Positions 40,282 to 49,646 of a DNA stretch of 64,000 nucleotides are shown in pieces (the first letter of the stretch is position 1; the number at the start of each line of letters is the position of its first letter). Under the pieces are notes generated by a model. The model did not search any database and was not told where the DNA came from. It saw nothing but the letters and a program-made list of their open reading frames with translations. The DNA comes from Gammaproteobacteria bacterium (GTDB lineage: Bacteria > Pseudomonadota > Gammaproteobacteria > Eutrophobiales > Eutrophobiaceae). The position numbers and the translations under genes are program-made. Location: positions 7,192 through 71,191 of the forward strand of contig JANQJZ010000005.1 in assembly GCA_028281365.1 (NCBI GenBank). Reading direction: 5' to 3'.

Positions 40282-41598
40282 ATGAGAATTTTTTTGCTAT
40301 TGCTGCTTGGTTTAAATTGGTCATTAGCACTCGCAACGCCGAACATACAGCATTGGAAAACTAAAAACGGTACACCGGTTTATTATGTTCACGCCCCGGA
40401 ATTACCAATGCTTGATTTGCAAATCGTGTTTGATGCCGGCAGTAGCCGGGATGGGAAATTGCCTGGCACGGCTGCGTTATTGAATGGTTTACTTGATCAG
40501 GGTGCCGATGGTCTTGATGCCGATGCAATCAGTACCGCTTTTGAATCCCTCGGGGCAATTTATGGCTCGGATGTCGGTTACGATTCGGCTTCAGTCAAGC
40601 TGCGCACGTTGACCGATGAAAAGCTTTTAAACAAGGCATTGGCAAACTTGCAACGGGTTATTGCAAAGCCTGATTTTCCGGAGGACGCATTGGAACGGCA
40701 GCGTGCACGAACCTTGATTGGTATTCGTGCCAAACAACAATCGCCCGGTGCTTTGGCACGGGATGCATTTATGAATGCCTTATACCAGTCACACCCTTAT
40801 GCAAATCCAAACTCGGGGACGGAAGAGTCTGTTAAGGCGATAAAGCGTGAAGATATTGTTAATTTTTATCAACAATACTATGTTGCAAACAATGCATTGA
40901 TCGCGATGGTTGGTGCTATTGATCGTAAGCAGGCAGAAAGTATTGCTGAAAAAATTACCACGACATTAAAACAGGGTAAGAAAGCACAATCACTAAACAA
41001 GGTTGAAGATTTACAAAAGTCGAATACGGTATTCATTGAACACCCTTCACAGCAAACACATATACTGGTTGGCCAACCGGGTCTTAAACGTGGTGATCCG
41101 GATTACTTTCCACTTTATGTTGGCAACCATGTTTTAGGTGGTGGTGGTATGGTTTCACGTTTATTTGAAGAGATCAGGGAAAAACGTGGTTTGTCGTACA
41201 GTGCCTATAGTTATTTTTCACCCATGCGTTTTAAAGGACCGTTTCTTGCCGGGCTACAAACAAAAACGGATCAGGTTGATGAAGCCTTATCGGTATTAAT
41301 GGAAAATATAAATTCGTTTATTGATAATGGGCCTACTGAAGAAGAATTAATTGCATCGAAGAAAAATATTACCGGCGGCTTTCCATTACGCCTGGATAGT
41401 AACAGCAAGATCCTCGGTTATGTGGTGATGATCGCCTATTACGGGTTACCGTTAGATTACCTGGAAACATTTAATGCCAATATTGAAGCAGTGACGATCG
41501 CGCAGATTAAGGATGCGTTCAAACGGCGTGTCACGCCTGACAAGTTAGTTACCATTCTGGTAGGCTCATCAGCAGAAAAACAGCAAGAAGGAACATAA
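40282..41598 (+). CDS. M16-family peptidase-like protein (no HxxEH, probable non-catalytic partner)
   Basis: The ATG at 40282 gives the signal peptide MRIFLLLLLGLNWSLALA. The ORF-track start at 40180 would overlap the upstream gene by 77 nt. A GTG at 40246 is another option. Confidence 0.85.
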   Translation: MRIFLLLLLGLNWSLALATPNIQHWKTKNGTPVYYVHAPELPMLDLQIVFDAGSSRDGKLPGTAALLNGLLDQGADGLDADAISTAFESLGAIYGSDVGYDSASVKLRTLTDEKLLNKALANLQRVIAKPDFPEDALERQRARTLIGIRAKQQSPGALARDAFMNALYQSHPYANPNSGTEESVKAIKREDIVNFYQQYYVANNALIAMVGAIDRKQAESIAEKITTTLKQGKKAQSLNKVEDLQKSNTVFIEHPSQQTHILVGQPGLKRGDPDYFPLYVGNHVLGGGGMVSRLFEEIREKRGLSYSAYSYFSPMRFKGPFLAGLQTKTDQVDEALSVLMENINSFIDNGPTEEELIASKKNITGGFPLRLDSNSKILGYVVMIAYYGLPLDYLETFNANIEAVTIAQIKDAFKRRVTPDKLVTILVGSSAEKQQEGT

Positions 41599-41602
41599 TA
41601 TC

Positions 41603-42151
41603 TTGTCTGCTCCCGGTAAGGTACGCATCATTGCCGGTAATTGGCGTGGCAGAAAACTTGAAGTAATTGATTGCCCCGGTTTACGACCTTCTCCAGACCG
41701 AATCCGTGAAACCTTATTTAACTGGTTACAACAGGATATCGTTGCGGCCCGTTGCCTCGATTTATTTGCAGGTAGTGGCGCAATTGGTTTTGAAGCATTG
41801 TCACGTGGTGCACGTGAAGTTGTTATGATTGAGTCAGATAAAAATCTGGTCGAGAATTTAAAACGTCAGGCCGAAAAGCTGAATAGTACGAATCATATCA
41901 TTCAGCAGGCAGAGGCTATTCAGTGGCTGACGCAACAAAAAAATGCATTTGATATTATTTTTCTGGACCCGCCTTTTGCAGAGGGCTATATCGAAAAATG
42001 TTGTGCATTGATTCGTGAACAATCGTTGTTAGCTGATAGGGGTATGATATATATTGAGTCTGAAAAAGATTTGGCAGCCCCCGCCGGTTGGACAATTAAA
42101 AAGCAAACCAGGGCAGGGGAAGTCAAGTCAGCGTTACTTGAGCTTGATTAA
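41603..42151 (+). CDS. rsmD: 16S rRNA (guanine966-N2)-methyltransferase RsmD
   Basis: 182 aa. ...RIIAGNWRGRKL..., SAM site LDLFAGSG, catalytic DPPF. Confidence 0.9.
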   Translation: MSAPGKVRIIAGNWRGRKLEVIDCPGLRPSPDRIRETLFNWLQQDIVAARCLDLFAGSGAIGFEALSRGAREVVMIESDKNLVENLKRQAEKLNSTNHIIQQAEAIQWLTQQKNAFDIIFLDPPFAEGYIEKCCALIREQSLLADRGMIYIESEKDLAAPAGWTIKKQTRAGEVKSALLELD

Positions 42152-42160
42152 GGGCACATA

Positions 42161-42637
42161 ATGATAACAGCAATCTATCCGGGTACTTTTGATCCAATTA
42201 CACATGGGCACTCTGACATAGTGACACGTGCTTCCAAAATATTTGATAAAGTATTATTTGCTGTAGCCAATAGTACAAGTAAACAAACTTTATTTGATCT
42301 TGAAGAACGAATCTCGTTAGCTAAAGGGGTTTTAAACAGTTTGCAGAATGTTGAAGTTATCTCTTTTGATGGATTAATAACTGATTTAGCGAGAGAGCAA
42401 AATGCCAGGGCAATCATACGTGGTATTCGAGCAGTTTCTGATTTTGATTATGAATTTCAAATGGCAGGGATGAATCGGGAATTATTACCGGAAACAGAGA
42501 CTATATTTTTATCACCCGCAGCTAATCTAAGTTTTATTACTTCCAGTCTGGTACGAGAAATTTCTGCCTATGGCGGTGATGTCAGTACATTTGTGCATGA
42601 GTCTGTCGTTAAAGCATTAAAAGAAAAACACTCATAA
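42161..42637 (+). CDS. coaD: pantetheine-phosphate adenylyltransferase
   Basis: 158 aa. GTFDPITHGH nucleotidyltransferase motif. Confidence 0.95.
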   Translation: MITAIYPGTFDPITHGHSDIVTRASKIFDKVLFAVANSTSKQTLFDLEERISLAKGVLNSLQNVEVISFDGLITDLAREQNARAIIRGIRAVSDFDYEFQMAGMNRELLPETETIFLSPAANLSFITSSLVREISAYGGDVSTFVHESVVKALKEKHS

Positions 42638-42643
42638 ATTAGT

Positions 42644-44329
42644 ATGTTTAAAATATATAAGTTTGTTGCTGTATTTTTCTTTTTCCTTTTTCCAGCTTCA
42701 GTTTTTACTCAGCCGATAAAACAGGCTGCTGTCGCGACAGCACACCCGATGGCGACACAGGCAGGTGTTGATATATTACAACAAGGCGGTAATGCCTTTG
42801 ATGCAGCAGCGGCGATAACGGCATCGTTGGCTGTTGTCGAGCCTTATGGGTCCGGTATTGGTGGCGGTGCGTTTTGGTTAATACACCAGGCAGCTAACAA
42901 TCAACAGATTATGATTGATGGTCGTGAAAAGGCACCAATGGCCAGTCATAAGGATATGTATCTGGATGAGTCCGCTAATGTTATTAAAGGCTTGTCACTT
43001 AATGGACCAATGGCCGCGGGTATCCCGGGAATTCCTGCCGGGATCGATCATTTGGTTAAAAAATATGGCCGCTTGACTCTAAAAGAAGTATTGGCACCGG
43101 CGATTCAACAAGCTGAAGCAGGTTTTCCGGTTACCGAACGTTATCAAAAGCTAATGGGTTTCAGGGGTGATGTAATAAGGAATTATTCTGAAGCTGCCGG
43201 GATCTTTCTTAAAGATAACAAAACACCTGAATTGGGTCAGTTAATTAAACAACAGGACCTGGCACAAACCTTAAGATTAATTGCAGCAAAAGGCAGTAAA
43301 GGTTTTTATACAGGTAAACTTGCTAAAAAAATGGTACGCAGTGTTAAACAACATGGTGGTATCTGGGAATTGGAAGACCTGGCTAATTATAATCTTGTCG
43401 AACGTGATCCAATCGTGCTTGATTACAATGGCATCAAGGTAACATCTGCTGCGCCACCATCTTCGGGTGGAATCGTTATGGGTCAGGCGTTGAATATTCT
43501 TGAAAACTTCAAGCTTGATAAAATTGATCCGATAACACGTAAGCATATCGTTGTTGAAGCAATGCGCCGTGCCTATCGTGATCGGGCTGCTTATCTGGGT
43601 GATGCTGATTTTGTTGAAGTGCCCGTTGAAAGACTATTAGATAAAGATTATGCCGCAGGACTTGCAATCACAATTAGTACCGAACATGCAACACCGAGCA
43701 GGGAATTAAGTGGAATTGCTGCGTATGATCCTGCCGGCACTAATACAACACACTTCTCTGTTGTCGATGCCGAAGGAAATCGTGTAGCAGCAACATTGAG
43801 TATTAATCTGCCCTTTGGTTCGGGATTTGTTGCTGAAGGTACCGGTGTGTTATTGAATAATGAAATGGATGATTTCTCGATTAAACCACTAACCGCGAAT
43901 GCATATGGCCTGGTTGGCGATCATGCTAATGCTATTGCACCGGGAAAACGCCCGCTGTCGAGTATGACGCCGACGTTTGTGGAAACAAATGATCGAGTAG
44001 GTGTGTTGGGGACCCCGGGCGGCAGTCGCATAATTAGCATGGTGTTATTGGCTGTGCTTGACTTTGCAGATGGTGGGGCGCCTGATTCGTGGGTAAACGT
44101 CCCTCGTTACCATCATCAATATCTACCCGACCAGGTTCAGTATGAACTGGGTGGCTTAACAATTTTTGAACAGGAACAACTGATCAGAAAGGGACACGAC
44201 TTAAGCGAAAAAAATCGCCGTTACGGTAATATGCAGGCAATCATGGTCTGGAAAACAAAGGATCTGAAATTTGCTGCCAGTGATCCACGTGGTGAGGGGA
44301 CTGCAGAGGTTATTTATTTAAGTAGATAG
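42644..44329 (+). CDS. ggt: gamma-glutamyltransferase
   Basis: 561 aa with a signal peptide. Autoprocessing/nucleophile context GTNTTHFSVVD. C-terminal GGSRII... and ...DPRGEG... Confidence 0.93.
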   Translation: MFKIYKFVAVFFFFLFPASVFTQPIKQAAVATAHPMATQAGVDILQQGGNAFDAAAAITASLAVVEPYGSGIGGGAFWLIHQAANNQQIMIDGREKAPMASHKDMYLDESANVIKGLSLNGPMAAGIPGIPAGIDHLVKKYGRLTLKEVLAPAIQQAEAGFPVTERYQKLMGFRGDVIRNYSEAAGIFLKDNKTPELGQLIKQQDLAQTLRLIAAKGSKGFYTGKLAKKMVRSVKQHGGIWELEDLANYNLVERDPIVLDYNGIKVTSAAPPSSGGIVMGQALNILENFKLDKIDPITRKHIVVEAMRRAYRDRAAYLGDADFVEVPVERLLDKDYAAGLAITISTEHATPSRELSGIAAYDPAGTNTTHFSVVDAEGNRVAATLSINLPFGSGFVAEGTGVLLNNEMDDFSIKPLTANAYGLVGDHANAIAPGKRPLSSMTPTFVETNDRVGVLGTPGGSRIISMVLLAVLDFADGGAPDSWVNVPRYHHQYLPDQVQYELGGLTIFEQEQLIRKGHDLSEKNRRYGNMQAIMVWKTKDLKFAASDPRGEGTAEVIYLSR

Positions 44330-44806
44330 TTAACTGGCAAGACCTGCACAGGAAAGTAATTTACTCCATCGAGTACTCATACCGAATTTTTTAACCAGCG
44401 TTTCAATTAATTTTCTGATATCAATGTCTTTATAGTTATGCTTGTTTCTGAGCATTTTTATGCTGGCACAGTCCGCTTCATGTTCATCTTCAGTTTTTAA
44501 TTTGAGATGTGCGCATTCGTGATAATAAATAAACTGTCTTGCTTTTTCAGGTAATCTTAAATATTCACTATCATCAATAATGATAGTTGGATAACCCAAC
44601 GGCCATTCAGCCGTAGCGACCTGAAAACCGACATAGCCGGAAACAATATTTACCTCAACCGGTTTATTTGTGTCCAGGTGTTCTGCTTTACAACTTAATT
44701 TATTACCGGATGTAGTCTCTGCAGTTGTAACGATCGAAAACAGCAGAGTAAATATAAAGCATACATATCTTAACAAGGTTAATATTAATGTTGGCATGTT
44801 GAGCAA
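44330..44806 (-). CDS. small secreted hypothetical protein with HExxH motif (putative mini zinc-metallopeptidase)
   Basis: 158 aa. Hydrophobic signal-like N-terminus. YYHECAHLKL followed by EDEHEAD. The start overlaps the mutM stop by about 20 nt. Confidence 0.5.
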   Translation of the reverse strand: MLNMPTLILTLLRYVCFIFTLLFSIVTTAETTSGNKLSCKAEHLDTNKPVEVNIVSGYVGFQVATAEWPLGYPTIIIDDSEYLRLPEKARQFIYYHECAHLKLKTEDEHEADCASIKMLRNKHNYKDIDIRKLIETLVKKFGMSTRWSKLLSCAGLAS

Positions 44807-45600
44807 TAAAATGTTGATCGTTGACCCAGGCGAATAGTCTTTATCGGTGTGTTGCAGTTAACACATGGTTCGTTTGCCTTATCGTAGACCAGTAATTCAT
44901 GTCGAAAATAACCCGGTTTCCCTTCACCATTAATAAAGTCGCGTAAAGTTGTGCCACCTTTTTTAATTGCCTTGTTAAGTACATCTTTAATTGAATTAAC
45001 CAGTTTATCGAATCGTGATCTGGATATTTTGCCGGCTTTCTTTTTCGGGTTTATCCCGGCCATAAATAAGGCCTCATTAGCATAGATATTACCGACACCA
45101 ACCACGATACGGCTATCCATAATAAAGGTTTTAATGGCCTGGCTTCGTTGCCGTGATTTTTTGAACAGGTATTCAGTGTTGAATTCCTTACTCAACGGTT
45201 CTGGTCCGAGATGCTGGATTAGCGTATGTTCGAGTGGATCCTGGTTAGTCCAATGTATTGAACCGAACTTGCGCGGATCACGAAACCGTAGCGTTGTTCC
45301 TGACTCAAATAATATATCGACATGATCATGTTTTTCATGTGCCTGTTTGTTATTTAATATCCTTAGACTGCCTGACATACCCAGATGCATGATCAAACAA
45401 CCGCTGTTAGTGTGAAATAGTAAATATTTTGCCCGTCGGTCAAGTTTGCGAATAAGCTGATGTTTAAGAGTACGTTTTAGGTTTTTGGGGACAGGCCAAC
45501 GAAGTTGGCGTTCCCGGATAATAATGTCTTTTACAGTTTCACCCACGACATAAGGGGCAATGCCTTTGCGTGTTGTTTCAACCTCGGGAAGTTCAGGCAC
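44785..45600 (-). CDS. mutM: formamidopyrimidine-DNA glycosylase
   Basis: 271 aa. N-terminal MPELPEVE, H2TH region, C-terminal zinc finger CVNC...CSTCQ. Confidence 0.96.
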   Translation of the reverse strand: MPELPEVETTRKGIAPYVVGETVKDIIIRERQLRWPVPKNLKRTLKHQLIRKLDRRAKYLLFHTNSGCLIMHLGMSGSLRILNNKQAHEKHDHVDILFESGTTLRFRDPRKFGSIHWTNQDPLEHTLIQHLGPEPLSKEFNTEYLFKKSRQRSQAIKTFIMDSRIVVGVGNIYANEALFMAGINPKKKAGKISRSRFDKLVNSIKDVLNKAIKKGGTTLRDFINGEGKPGYFRHELLVYDKANEPCVNCNTPIKTIRLGQRSTFYCSTCQH

Positions 45601-45604
45601 GGTA

Positions 45605-46498
45605 TTATTCGGAAGCTGTCTGTTCCGGATCAGTCGCTTCTTTTAATAACAGTTTTTCAGAATCATCACTACCCATGTGATATTGAATACCAAGATCTTT
45701 TCTGCCAAGGATAAGATGCGGTTCCGTTGCAACAATAACAAACTCAAATTCATTATCCTTATTCGTTATTATAACTGTAGCAGGCGTTTCCGGTTCAGCA
45801 TAACGACTGGCAGATATTGCCATGGCTGATTTCCAGTTAAATACGTAACGTTTTAGTTGCTCCGGTTTGATATCCTGCAGTGTTTCAAGCTGCCATTTGT
45901 CGTCGACAAGACTCAAGCTATTATCAGGAAATTGTATCGAACTGATTTCAAAATCATCAGGCAATAACTTTAGGGCAGCAAAAAATGCCGCGTTTGTCGT
46001 TAATTGCTGATATAAAAAATCGTTGGTTAGATGAACAACGTCATTAAACAAAACATAACGTCGTTGATCAATGGCATCGGTACCACCAAAGCGAAACTCA
46101 TGATCATTTAACTGCATAATGATGGCAGGTTCGGCAAGTCCAAAATGTTTGAGATCATGTTTCTCCGGATTTAACTGTCCGTGTGATTCGACATTTATCA
46201 TCCTCAACATCGCGTTGATACGCGCACTGTTTACTTTATATTGAAGAGGAGATTGCATGTACCAGACATTGTTAGTTTTGGTAAAACTAAAGTTTTCCAG
46301 GTTTTTTCTAATAATATCTATATTAGTGATTGTATCTTGATCGATTTCGGACAGGCGCGGTAATGGTTGTTCCTGTTTTTCTTCGGAAGACAACAGGATA
46401 ATTGAAAGTATTACTATTGCAGAAAGCAGACCGATATTGATCCAGGTTTTTTTATCCACTTTATTTTTTCTTACGCCTGATACCAATAGTAATACCAA
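45605..46498 (-). CDS. DUF4340-domain protein (accessory to the GldG-type ABC system)
   Basis: N-terminal TM anchor then a soluble domain. Conserved partner immediately downstream of GldG-like genes. The start may instead be the GTG at 46459, one nt after the GldG stop. Confidence 0.6.
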   Translation of the reverse strand: MVLLLVSGVRKNKVDKKTWINIGLLSAIVILSIILLSSEEKQEQPLPRLSEIDQDTITNIDIIRKNLENFSFTKTNNVWYMQSPLQYKVNSARINAMLRMINVESHGQLNPEKHDLKHFGLAEPAIIMQLNDHEFRFGGTDAIDQRRYVLFNDVVHLTNDFLYQQLTTNAAFFAALKLLPDDFEISSIQFPDNSLSLVDDKWQLETLQDIKPEQLKRYVFNWKSAMAISASRYAEPETPATVIITNKDNEFEFVIVATEPHLILGRKDLGIQYHMGSDDSEKLLLKEATDPEQTASE

Positions 46499-47834
46499 TG
46501 ACGATCAAGGCTGTGGGTAAGATAAACAATAAACATATACCAATAATACCAAGTACCGTTGTTGACATGTTTAATTGGGCATCACTGGCAACCTTTGGCG
46601 GTATGGATATAAACTCATCATCACTACTTAACCAGTTTATAATCCGTGTTCCAAGTTCATTATTGCCACTATTGGCAAGATAGGTGTTAGATAAAAAATC
46701 ACCATCGCTTAACACAATGATGCGCTGTTGAATTGTAACCAGTTCCTGTCCCTGTGGTTTCTCCAGTTCACGTTCCAGGCTAAGCCCTATGATTAGTGGC
46801 CCTTTTATATCAGCTTCCTCATTAAATTCTACAGCACCTTCGAGTACGGACGTTTCAACCCAGGTGTGATCACCGGTAGTCATGATCGGTTTGGCGTTCC
46901 ATTTATCCGTTTGCAGTAATTCGATTGCACCTGCCAATGGGTAGAGAGTAGTAAATTCAAAACCATCGGTAATTGCATGTGGCGCATATAGACTACTGGT
47001 AACCAATGCAATACCGGGATCATTAATACCAATTAATTGTCCGGCATAATCTATGACAGCACCATCATAAAACCTTATTGCTAACTCTTCTGCCAAAGCG
47101 TCAAGTTTATAAAGCGGTCCCGGTTCATGTAACCACAATAAATTTCCACCGGCATTGATATAGTTAAGTATTACTTCCAGTTCCCCGGGAAGATAATCAA
47201 TTCGTGGTCCGGCTATGATTAACAGGTTTGTATTATCAGGAATCGCTTGTGTTTCGCTTAAATTAATTGGTTGAGTGTGGAAACCCTGGTTCAGTAATTG
47301 TTTGCCCCATTCACCCAAATCATGATTTGCTTTTCCCAATATACTGCGTTCACCATGTCCTTCAACAAAGGCTATCCAGCGTTCCTGATTACGTGCAAGC
47401 CGTTGCAGGGCATTGGTAAAAATCTGTTCACTGTCTGATTTAACGTGCTCAGTGCGATTTTGATAGCGCACGATGATTTCACCATCAACACTGATACCCA
47501 GATTACGTACTTCATCAGGCACGGCATCAGGGTTAACAAAACGTAAAACAATATCAGGTTTATGCCGTTGATATTTGCTAATAAATTTTTTGATTGCATC
47601 ACGTAGTAATTGATTTTCACGTGCATATGAAGTGATTTCAATTGGATCAGGCATCTTTGCTAATAGATCGCGACTGGCTTCTGACAGGGTATGCCGACCA
47701 AATGAAGTCCAGTCATATTCAACAACATGTTTATTGCTCAACCATGCCAATAAACCAACGACAATCGTTAACAGGCAGATCATGACAATGCTGTTAAGGC
47801 GTGACTGCAATCGTGTTTTATCTGTAATAAACAT
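46461..47834 (-). CDS. GldG-family ABC-transporter auxiliary protein
   Basis: 457 aa. N- and C-terminal TM helices bracket a large extracytoplasmic domain. Follows an ABC-2 permease and ATPase. Confidence 0.7.
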   Translation of the reverse strand: MFITDKTRLQSRLNSIVMICLLTIVVGLLAWLSNKHVVEYDWTSFGRHTLSEASRDLLAKMPDPIEITSYARENQLLRDAIKKFISKYQRHKPDIVLRFVNPDAVPDEVRNLGISVDGEIIVRYQNRTEHVKSDSEQIFTNALQRLARNQERWIAFVEGHGERSILGKANHDLGEWGKQLLNQGFHTQPINLSETQAIPDNTNLLIIAGPRIDYLPGELEVILNYINAGGNLLWLHEPGPLYKLDALAEELAIRFYDGAVIDYAGQLIGINDPGIALVTSSLYAPHAITDGFEFTTLYPLAGAIELLQTDKWNAKPIMTTGDHTWVETSVLEGAVEFNEEADIKGPLIIGLSLERELEKPQGQELVTIQQRIIVLSDGDFLSNTYLANSGNNELGTRIINWLSSDDEFISIPPKVASDAQLNMSTTVLGIIGICLLFILPTALIVIGITIGIRRKKK

Positions 47835-47839
47835 GTTAA

Positions 47840-48586
47840 CTAACCGTGTGTCCTTTCTGCATCGAGTCGCCAGATACTTAATACAATAAAGAAAACACTG
47901 ACCAGGATATAAAAAATAACGTCAGCGGAATTAAATACGCCATTTAATAAACTGTTGTAATGATTAAGCAGGGATAGGTATGAAAAAATTTCGGCGGTTC
48001 TTTCAGATGCATTGGTCCCGGCAATATTAATTATCCATAATAAAAACAAGACACCAAATGTACTAATCGCAGCTATAGCCGGGGATTGCGTAAGTGAGGA
48101 AATAAACAATCCAATTGCCGCAAATGATGACATTAATAACAATAAGCCAATTAATCCCCCCGCTATTTGTCCAAGATCGAGTTGTGCACCAAATAATAAT
48201 GACGCAGGCATTAAACTAATCATTATTAATGCCAGACAGTAAAACGCTGTCATGCCGATGTACTTGCCCAGTACAAGTTCAGTAATGCTTATTGGTGACG
48301 AATATAAAAGTTTTATTGTGCCTAGCCGTCGTTCCTCGGTAATAAGGCGCATGGTCAATAACGGCGAAACCAGTAACATAATTACCCCGGCAATTTGATA
48401 CATGCCGGACACAACAACTTCAGTCAGTCCCGTCGCTGCAGATGCGGGTTGTAAATATTGTGACAGTAATAAATAAAAGAAAATGGCAATTAAAAATTGT
48501 ATGACAGCGAGTATTACCCAGGCCAAAGGTGACTTGAACAAACGACGCAATTCATTAACCGCTATCAACTTGATATTATTGATCAT
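47840..48586 (-). CDS. ABC-2 family transporter permease (GldF-like)
   Basis: 248 aa, 6-TM. 4-nt overlap with the ATPase gene. Confidence 0.8.
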   Translation of the reverse strand: MINNIKLIAVNELRRLFKSPLAWVILAVIQFLIAIFFYLLLSQYLQPASAATGLTEVVVSGMYQIAGVIMLLVSPLLTMRLITEERRLGTIKLLYSSPISITELVLGKYIGMTAFYCLALIMISLMPASLLFGAQLDLGQIAGGLIGLLLLMSSFAAIGLFISSLTQSPAIAAISTFGVLFLLWIINIAGTNASERTAEIFSYLSLLNHYNSLLNGVFNSADVIFYILVSVFFIVLSIWRLDAERTHG

Positions 48587-49545
48587 CCCTCATCCTCATT
48601 TAATTGAGCCTGGTTTTCACCATAGGTTAATTGCATGAAGATTGATTCAAGTGATGTGTCGTCAGCAATTAGTTTGAACAAGCCCCATTTTTCAGACACT
48701 GCTTTTTCTACCAGTGTGTCAAAGGCGTCGGTTTCAGGATCAAAGTTTATTTTCAGTGTGCTGTCAGTGGCGCTCTCCGCGGAATTAATTCCGTCAATTT
48801 CCAGTAATGCCTCTAATGCTGGCGGGTTACGCAACCCTATTTCGACACTGGCAGGTTTATCTGAATTCTCTTGCAGTTGTTCGAGTGATTGATCGAGAAC
48901 AATATTGCCCTGGTTGATAATTAAAACCCGATCGCACAGGCTTTGAACCTCGGACAGTATGTGTGTAGATAGAATGACACTATGGTCTTCTGCCAGCTCA
49001 CGCATTAATTCCCTGATTTCATGTATTTGAATAGGATCGAGTCCGGAGGTTGGTTCATCAAGAATAATAACCGATGGTGTATGTATAATTGCCTGGGCAA
49101 TTCCAACACGTTGTTTGTATCCTTTAGATAGATTCTGGATCAAACGTTTACCGACGTCTTCCAGGCCACAACGTTGTTTAGCCACCGTTATAGATTCGGA
49201 AATTTTCTGTTTATCGATATTTCTAAGCCTGGCAGCGTAATTCAAAAATTCATCAACAGTCAGGTCACTATAAAGTGGCGGTTGTTCCGGCAGGAAACCA
49301 ATATGTTGTTTGGCCAGGCGGGCAGCGGTTTGAATATCATGACCAACAATACTGACTGATCCATGACTGGCTGCCAGTGCGCCGGCAATAATTTGCATAG
49401 TCGTTGATTTGCCAGCACCATTAGGGCCAAGGAAACCGAGTATTTCGCCCCGGTGAACATTAAAACTCACATTTTCTATAGCACGTTGCTGGCCATAAAA
49501 GCGTGAAAGTTCCTGAACTGATATTAGGATCTGGTTATCTATCAT
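48583..49545 (-). CDS. ABC transporter ATP-binding protein
   Basis: Walker A GPNGAGKST, signature LSKGYKQR, Walker B IILDEP. The ATG at 49545 (MIDNQILISVQEL...) is preferred over the upstream GTG at 49587. Confidence 0.88.
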   Translation of the reverse strand: MIDNQILISVQELSRFYGQQRAIENVSFNVHRGEILGFLGPNGAGKSTTMQIIAGALAASHGSVSIVGHDIQTAARLAKQHIGFLPEQPPLYSDLTVDEFLNYAARLRNIDKQKISESITVAKQRCGLEDVGKRLIQNLSKGYKQRVGIAQAIIHTPSVIILDEPTSGLDPIQIHEIRELMRELAEDHSVILSTHILSEVQSLCDRVLIINQGNIVLDQSLEQLQENSDKPASVEIGLRNPPALEALLEIDGINSAESATDSTLKINFDPETDAFDTLVEKAVSEKWGLFKLIADDTSLESIFMQLTYGENQAQLNEDEG

Positions 49546-49646
49546 CTCTGCCACTGTCGCGTGTTGTTTTCGTGCGCAAAATTTCACTCTTCATTGCGCA
49601 GCTATTATTCTTATAACGTCATAACTTTCAAGTTTAATTCTGGATC

